A stretch of DNA of 64,000 nucleotides from Oopsacas minuta (taxonomy: Eukaryota > Animalia > Porifera), in assembly GCA_024704765.1 (NCBI GenBank), contig JAKMXF010000055.1, positions 132,353 to 196,352 on the forward strand, in the 5' to 3' direction. The translations under genes were made by a program, and so were the position numbers. This document shows, piece by piece, positions 57,716-64,000 of this stretch; the first letter of the stretch is position 1, and each line of letters starts with the position of its first letter. Below the pieces are notes generated by a model, which saw only the letters and a list, made by a program, of their open reading frames with translations, ran no database searches and was not told the origin of the DNA.

Positions 57716-59735
57716 GAAATATATCTTTCTATGTTTAGAAAATTGAATAATTTCTTAATATTTATTCGCATAAAATAGTGTATATACAAATGTTCTCCCT
57801 CTAAATCGCGTTAATTTCATGTATTTGAAAATGTTCAGCTCCAATTCTTGTTAATTTCCTATAGTAAGGTATACTCTAAGGGGCCGTCAATTTGGAGAAT
57901 AATGGATGCCTCGAGGCGCAATGCGCCGAGTTCATCGCAAAGCAACGAGCCAAAGGCTCGTAGTTTTAGAGATAACAATGGCCCCATTTTGAAGGCTCGA
58001 ATTGAAGAGTAGATAGTCCTTACAATTAAGAAGTATAATTTATCGACAAAAATTGATAAATCCTTTGAGCGACAACTGGGACGGTTGTATTCCAAGCGTC
58101 TTATTAGAGAAAAATCAGATAATAATTAAGACAAATTAAGATAATTAAGATTACGTCACCAGATATAGAGAGGTCAATGTAACATCATTGACGTTAACCC
58201 AACTAATTAGCAACTTTCAACTGGATGCTTAAACTGTTTCATGCCGTGTGGCAAAACTGAATCAGGAGCGTATGAAATTTATCTCAAGAGTTCAAAAAAG
58301 TTGCAATTCTCTATGTATATAGGGTGGTAACAGTAAAATTCTTTATGTACAGCAGGTTCAAGATTCATTAAACCAATCTGATGCTTTCCGTTACGTAGAT
58401 TACTAAGGTTAGGTTAGCCTAAATAAAACAAAGATAGGATTAAAGAAGAACCTGACGAGTGTGAGGTTAGCAGCGAAAACTGTGCACACTTTAAACCTCT
58501 ATACCCCGACTATACTGCCTATAAAATCTGTAATGCTTCAAACATTAACGACTCTCTGATAATAGCATCGAGTGTGGTATATTATACACTGCAATATTAA
58601 TGTTCTATCTCAACACATAAGGTGATGGTGACTCGGCAAAATTATCAGTTTCCCTCAGATTTATTGGAAATAGTCCAGTGGCAGAGGGAAACCTTGCAAT
58701 GTCTGGTAACAATCATTTCTCTGCATTTTTGGTTATCTACTTTCCCCACTATGTAGTTTAAGATAATATCAGGTGTAGTGATTACCTCTGTTTGGCATTC
58801 TATATTTAGCCACTTGAAAGTGACACTTTCGGACAAATTCCAGACGACTAATGTATTAGCAGAATAATTTTGTATTCACTAAATAGTAGAATAAAAAATT
58901 ATGTAACAAAATTATCATGTTATCTAAACATAAACATCTAAACATCTAAACACCTAAATATCTAGACAACTTTGGTACAACTGCACAATATTACACTCCT
59001 CCTTCTATATGACAAGAATAGCTGTACATCATTGTTTGAGCTTCTAAGATTCAAAAGATTTTCTGGGGGCCTTGTCCCCCAGACACTCCCTTACCGTTGC
59101 TCTATCCAGAGCACTCCCCTCACGATAATCCTGGATACGCCACTGGTTCTTAGATGTTAAATATTTCTTAGTTATCATAGGCTCCAGTGCCGGATTACCA
59201 TTAGGCTAAGTAGGCTATAGCCTTCGGGCCACTTATAAATAGGGTCGTTCTTAGAGACTAAAATTTCTAAATTAGAAATTTGATATGTTATAGATTAGTT
59301 CATTTTATGCATTGTTTACTTTTGAAATATGTTATATTAACCATCATGCCACTTCAGGTCAGTCATTTATTCCCACCCAATATTGACAGAGACCCCTGCA
59401 CTGTAAAATATGGCACTTTCTAGTTTGTAAAATAATTGAAATTTGAGGGGGCACCGACCTATGTCGACCATGTTTCGGGCTACTTGTATGGTCCAGCCTT
59501 CGGGCCACTCCAGGGTAAATCCGGCCTTGATAGGCTCTCCTAGTACTGTATAATATGGATTCGATGAATATCTAAGTTTAAGTCGATTTCTATTGGACTT
59601 GATATTGCTATGGTTATAATCAATCGCGTTAAGGAGTATAAATTTATAATTCCTTAATATTCCTAATAACGAGTCTAGTATAGTTAGACTAATAAAATAG
59701 ACGTTTATTGTCGCATAATCATTCAACAAAATAAA

Positions 59736-61328
59736 TTAAGTATTAGATATTGTGGTAACATTGTGTTTCTTATGAAATCTGTCATATCTTTCAGTTTTAA
59801 AGCCTTTACAGAGGCTACAAATATAATTACCAATTTGTCTGGATAAATCCTCATATGTCTTGTCATCTATTTCATCACAATCTTTATGGATCCATCGCTC
59901 ACACTCATCACAGCAAGCCATTAGGATATCAGAATCATCTTCATGATAAGTCGTGAGGCAAATCGGACAGAAATTTCCATGGTCGAATACAGCGAAACAT
60001 TTTTCACAAATTGTCTGTAGGAATTCTGTGGTATGGTCCTCGTTGCCTCTCAGCTCGGAGAAGATATGGTGCCATTTGAAAAGACGGTCTGTTTCAATGA
60101 TTTCCTGATTGAAGATACCAGAGGGATCAGGGCAGTTACAATTATTACATGTCACACAGAGGCCACACACCCACACACCACACGGCACACAGGGTATCTT
60201 AAGACAGAATGTATGGTAACCTCTATCACAACTATAACATAGCACCATCTTATCCTCATCACTGGCTTTTGCACAGATTGTACAAGTTTTACACCCAAGA
60301 CATTGCCATTTATATGTTTTAACTTTCTCTAAGGCCTCTTCTTCAAGGTTGAGGCAAGAGAAGTGAGCTGTGGTGGGGCATTGGGAACAATGAATAAATT
60401 CTTCAAGACCTTTTCCTGAACTACTTTGACGTAGACAGACAATACATATTACACTTGATGGTCGTTTCAATGGAACTTTATTTATGTCATTTAATATTTC
60501 ATTTTTAGAGAATACTTCGATCGGTTTCTCTATTACTTCTTCTATAGGACTGTCTTTAACGACCTCAACAGCCACCGGAATATCAGGTACAACATTTTGT
60601 ATGGACTTTGGAAATACTATTTTTGGTTTCTTAGAACAAGGAGGTAATTCTAATACTGTGTCTACTGGCAGTGATCTCAACTGTCTAGGAGAGTAAGAAG
60701 GATATGTGTGTTGATACTGTCCTGGCATTAGCGCTAATGGATAGCGATTCATTACTTTTGGAGAGTCAATCGGATAAGGTTTCCTTTCATTTGGAACTAA
60801 TAACACATTCGTGTTAGCGTCGAAGTATGTTGAATGAGAATCGTGTCTCTCTTGGTTTAGAATAGAGTTATAATCTGTAGCAGATAGAATAGCTTTTCGA
60901 CGTAAGAATTCAATGTCGGTTGATTGAAGCTTTTTACTCGTATTAGCGTAATGTGCATTGTGCGTTGATAGTAATTGGTTAATTGTGTTTACTTCAAGAG
61001 CATTGCTGAACTCAATGTATTTTGTAGGAAATTCAGTTCGCATCAGTTCAAGAATTTCAATACAACGTAACGCTACTAGACCTAATAATGTGTTCATATC
61101 TCCTAAGGCATCGGTCCCTTGGAGAAAATCTCGCTCTTCAAAATCAACATTACGTCTTGACAATGATGGGAATCTACGTTGAAACGCCCGAACACCTAAA
61201 TACTCTGCGATCTGCTCCTGAAGTAAATAAGATTCTGCAAATGGATCTTCATTGGGCCATCTGTATTCTATTATTTTCTGAGTTGGAAGATTCAACAATT
61301 TGAAGGAATTGATTAGAGATTTACTCAT
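59736..61328 (-). CDS. PHF10: PHD finger protein 10 (BAF45a/SAYP-like PBAF subunit), intronless
   Basis: SAY domain IIEYRWP..YLLQEQIAEYLGV..F.R.FP.L.RR..GLVALR..LM..EFP.KY and a double PHD finger, plus an extra C-terminal PHD. Confidence 0.85.
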   Translation of the reverse strand: MSKSLINSFKLLNLPTQKIIEYRWPNEDPFAESYLLQEQIAEYLGVRAFQRRFPSLSRRNVDFEERDFLQGTDALGDMNTLLGLVALRCIEILELMRTEFPTKYIEFSNALEVNTINQLLSTHNAHYANTSKKLQSTDIEFLRRKAILSATDYNSILNQERHDSHSTYFDANTNVLLVPNERKPYPIDSPKVMNRYPLALMPGQYQHTYPSYSPRQLRSLPVDTVLELPPCSKKPKIVFPKSIQNVVPDIPVAVEVVKDSPIEEVIEKPIEVFSKNEILNDINKVPLKRPSSVICIVCLRQSSSGKGLEEFIHCSQCPTTAHFSCLNLEEEALEKVKTYKWQCLGCKTCTICAKASDEDKMVLCYSCDRGYHTFCLKIPCVPCGVWVCGLCVTCNNCNCPDPSGIFNQEIIETDRLFKWHHIFSELRGNEDHTTEFLQTICEKCFAVFDHGNFCPICLTTYHEDDSDILMACCDECERWIHKDCDEIDDKTYEDLSRQIGNYICSLCKGFKTERYDRFHKKHNVTTISNT

Positions 61329-62630
61329 TGTTTCTAGATAAAATATAAGTATTATTGGAGATCAATAAGCAAGATACTTGAAACAAATGTAGTAAATATA
61401 TAATCCAAGAGTAGAATTATATTATCTTTTTAACACCTGATACTAATAATAAAGAAGGAACGGGCCTGCCGGGAAATGCTCCCATCATGATCTGCATAAA
61501 GCTGCTTAGCACAGATCCGCAGTCTAAGGTTACAGTTTTGAATTGTCACAAGTACCCAATTGGGAATAGTTAGTAGTAAATTGAACAATAGTTTATAGAG
61601 GAAATTTATTCTTGCGGGCCGACAAATTCAATCACGGCCCGCTTGCATCTCTGATATAACCACACCTCCCTCGTAAATTTATCAAAATCTCAAAATTTAA
61701 ATGAAATAAAAGAATACGAAAAGTTTAAAGCAAGTATATAGTTTAATTAATTACATTTGTGGTATTCTGTTTTGACAGTCGTATCTTTTCATATTTGCTT
61801 GGCAATGTATTCATGTCATTGTCAGCGCCACCAGGAGTTCCTGGGTGTCCAGACACCCACTACCACCAAAGTATTTTGTATTACACTCTATGGCAAGGGT
61901 TGTTTCGAAACCCACTGTCGATTCATGAATATTCACTTGCCCAAATAGTCGCCGCCGGTCATAGTCTCAGTCTCATCAATTACCTTTGACTGAGTTGCAT
62001 TTTATTCATTTACACACATAGCATATGACTAATAGTGATTTGGCATTGATGCGAGCAGATTCATTTCCGGTGCTGGACTAAGTTCCTTGTTTCTCAGCAA
62101 TTATAAGAGGGAGACAGTTATATACAAGGCAGAAAATGACTATTGACGTAATGCAGTTGTACGTTAGTGTTGTACTTTATCTCTGGTCTCAATTATAGTT
62201 CAGGCTATATCCTAAGTAATTGCAATTAGAATATTCTTAAAATAATATGGTTTAGTGCTGGCTCAGTCAAAGGTCTATCGTACATTCTTAGAATTACAAA
62301 TAACTCAATGTAGTTAAAACATGTCTTGAAAATTTGATCTTGAATTTCCTTAATCCAAAAATTCATTGCTTATTGAGAAGTACTCTTCTACACGAAAAAC
62401 GAACATATTCGTTTTGATCATCGATGAAATCAGATAAGCTGTTAACAGCTATCTCTAAATTTGTTCATATTCGCATGCGGATGTACTCATTTAATATCTC
62501 CCTGATTTGGCATGTGGATTTTCATTTTGAATAGCTCCAAAATGTATGTAGGAAGTTGGACAATTAATCATTAAATGAAATATAGAAGAAGATGCAACAG
62601 AATAGCCAATAAAGGCCAAATTATGAAATT

Positions 62631-63716
62631 TCAAGAGTCAGTTCGTACCTCGAATGCAGACTTTTTTCTCTCAAGAATGTTAACGAACTTTGTGAAGAAA
62701 GGTCTGTAGTCATGAGTACGTCGTTGAAATTCTACCTCATACTGATTTCGAATTTCCTTTACTCTTTCATATTCAACCTCAATTCTCGATTTTTCCTCCA
62801 TCAATTCTCTAATCTTCTCCAATTCCTCACGTGGTAATACGAGTGTATTGGAAACATTTCCTTCCGCTTCTGTTTCAAATTTACCTCGCTTAAAAGCTTC
62901 TGCCAATAGACGATTCATACTCTGCTCTATCCTCAATAACCTAATTTCATTCATATATACTTTATTAGGCACAATTGCCATCAAACTGAATCGTATTTCA
63001 ACACCAGTAGTCTGTCCATTCTTATCCATACCGAGACGTGTAGAAATACACTCTCTAAACAGATCAATCCAATTCTCGCCCTTACGCCAAGGCCCGTGAT
63101 CAATAGGCGCATCCTTAAGCCCATCAATTTCTATCAGATGACTATTCAGAGGAACATAGCTAACGTAATGGAACTTATCACCGTAGAACATTGTCATAGA
63201 TCCTTTTTTCCTCCCGGCACCAACGGCTAACTGAGGTGACGCATGCTTGTTATGTGCCAATGCGATTTCAGGGATATTACAGATAGATACACCCTTATTC
63301 TCTGGTGTGAATCCCTTTGTGAATTCTTTTAGAGAACTCAATGTATCTGATAACTCAACTTCTTCTGAATTCAACAATACGCTTAGCAACGAATGAGTTG
63401 CACAGGAATTTGGAACTATCTGATGTGCGAAAAACATTTCCCGTACAACTTCACTATCTTGTATTAGAAAATCAATATTTTCGTCATACAACAGTTTCCT
63501 ACGTGATTTTCTGCCAGAAACTAATTTGAATAGAAATATAAATCCATACACAGGAGGGGTAATACTATCTAAATCGTATATCTCTTCTACTTGTATGCTG
63601 GGCATCTGAAGGTCCTCTAAGAGTAGAGAAAATAAACCTGGTGCACTCTCTAACTCAAGCCATTCATCTGAGAAAAATGAAGTTTGTTTGTATTTGGAGA
63701 ATATCGTTTGATCCAT
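62631..63716 (-). CDS. BAP1: Ubiquitin C-terminal hydrolase BAP1/calypso, intronless
   Basis: WLELES.PGLF.LL.ED..VEEIYDL, VYGFIFLF..SRRK, MFFAHQIVPNSCATH (catalytic Cys), FHYVSYVP (His), EIDGLK (Asp) and C-terminal ULD RRTHDY. Confidence 0.85.
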   Translation of the reverse strand: MDQTIFSKYKQTSFFSDEWLELESAPGLFSLLLEDLQMPSIQVEEIYDLDSITPPVYGFIFLFKLVSGRKSRRKLLYDENIDFLIQDSEVVREMFFAHQIVPNSCATHSLLSVLLNSEEVELSDTLSSLKEFTKGFTPENKGVSICNIPEIALAHNKHASPQLAVGAGRKKGSMTMFYGDKFHYVSYVPLNSHLIEIDGLKDAPIDHGPWRKGENWIDLFRECISTRLGMDKNGQTTGVEIRFSLMAIVPNKVYMNEIRLLRIEQSMNRLLAEAFKRGKFETEAEGNVSNTLVLPREELEKIRELMEEKSRIEVEYERVKEIRNQYEVEFQRRTHDYRPFFTKFVNILERKKSAFEVRTDS

Positions 63717-64000
63717 CTCAGAGCTAAGATTAATGCCTGATTACAGAATACAATATAGTCAGGGAATATCAGAGGCGTAGCCTAGGTCGTGCGAGGTGAT
63801 GTGGCACATCATCTGAACTTGTTCAGACTATTGTAGGCTGAAAATAGCAAAATGGTACCGGGTCTGTATTACTCTAAGCTGGGCCGCCGGAAGAGGTGCA
63901 GCTGGAACAGCCTAGGCCGCCCCAATTTATAGTACTATGCTATCTGATCATGAGCCGTACCACTTTCAATTGAGATTTAATCTATACGAGCTTTAGGCTC

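Larger units (their letters stand above)
55440..57869 (+). mobile_element. pogo-superfamily transposon (2430 bp) carrying two genes
   Basis: TIR CCTTACTGTAGGAAATTAACGCGAA vs CCTTACTATAGGAAATTAACAAGAA, TA TSDs (55438-55439, 57870-57871), clean insertion into a known repeat. Confidence 0.9.
55071..57960 (+). mobile_element. Helitron-like repeat copy split by a pogo insertion
   Basis: A|TCTATATT start at 55071. After removing 55440-57869 the sequence continues ATACTCTAAGGGGCCGTC..hairpin..GGCTCG|T as in 58-492. Confidence 0.7.

Noticed and set aside
61450-62150. Overlapping short ORFs between PHF10 and BAP1
   Set aside because: Several frames are open over the same stretch and none matches a motif I recognise, so a gene cannot be called.
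1-64000. tRNA, rRNA or CRISPR arrays
   Set aside because: No cloverleaf, rRNA-like or regularly spaced repeat-spacer pattern was seen by eye. A tRNAscan/Infernal run would be needed to exclude small RNAs.

Overview
AT-rich, intron-poor animal genomic DNA. The gene content (SRCR, NHL-repeat, ankyrin and adhesion-GPCR family members, short introns) suggests a non-bilaterian such as a sponge; this is inference only. Intact-looking host genes are a two-LIM-domain protein (present twice, in a ~5.5-6 kb near-identical tandem duplication that spans an N gap and may be two haplotypes), a multi-exon SRCR gene with alternating domain types, PHF10 and BAP1. A FAM149-like gene is broken only by a TAG where homologues, as I recall them, have Trp. 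A giant ankyrin-repeat gene has two frame breaks. Several decayed genes are present (adhesion GPCR, SLC15/POT, NHL, coiled-coil). DNA transposons of six kinds are present: Transib/RAG1-like, hAT, maT DD37D, Tc1 DD37E, pogo DD35D and a non-autonomous Helitron-like family, plus many MITEs and foldbacks. Two observations stand out. (1) A RAG1-like/Transib transposase core with intact DDE and zinc ligands ends in a perfect RSS heptamer (CACAGTG) exactly at a filled-versus-empty junction revealed by the duplication. (2) A pogo element carries a separate HIRAN-domain gene between its TIRs. No rRNA, tRNA or CRISPR array was recognised.
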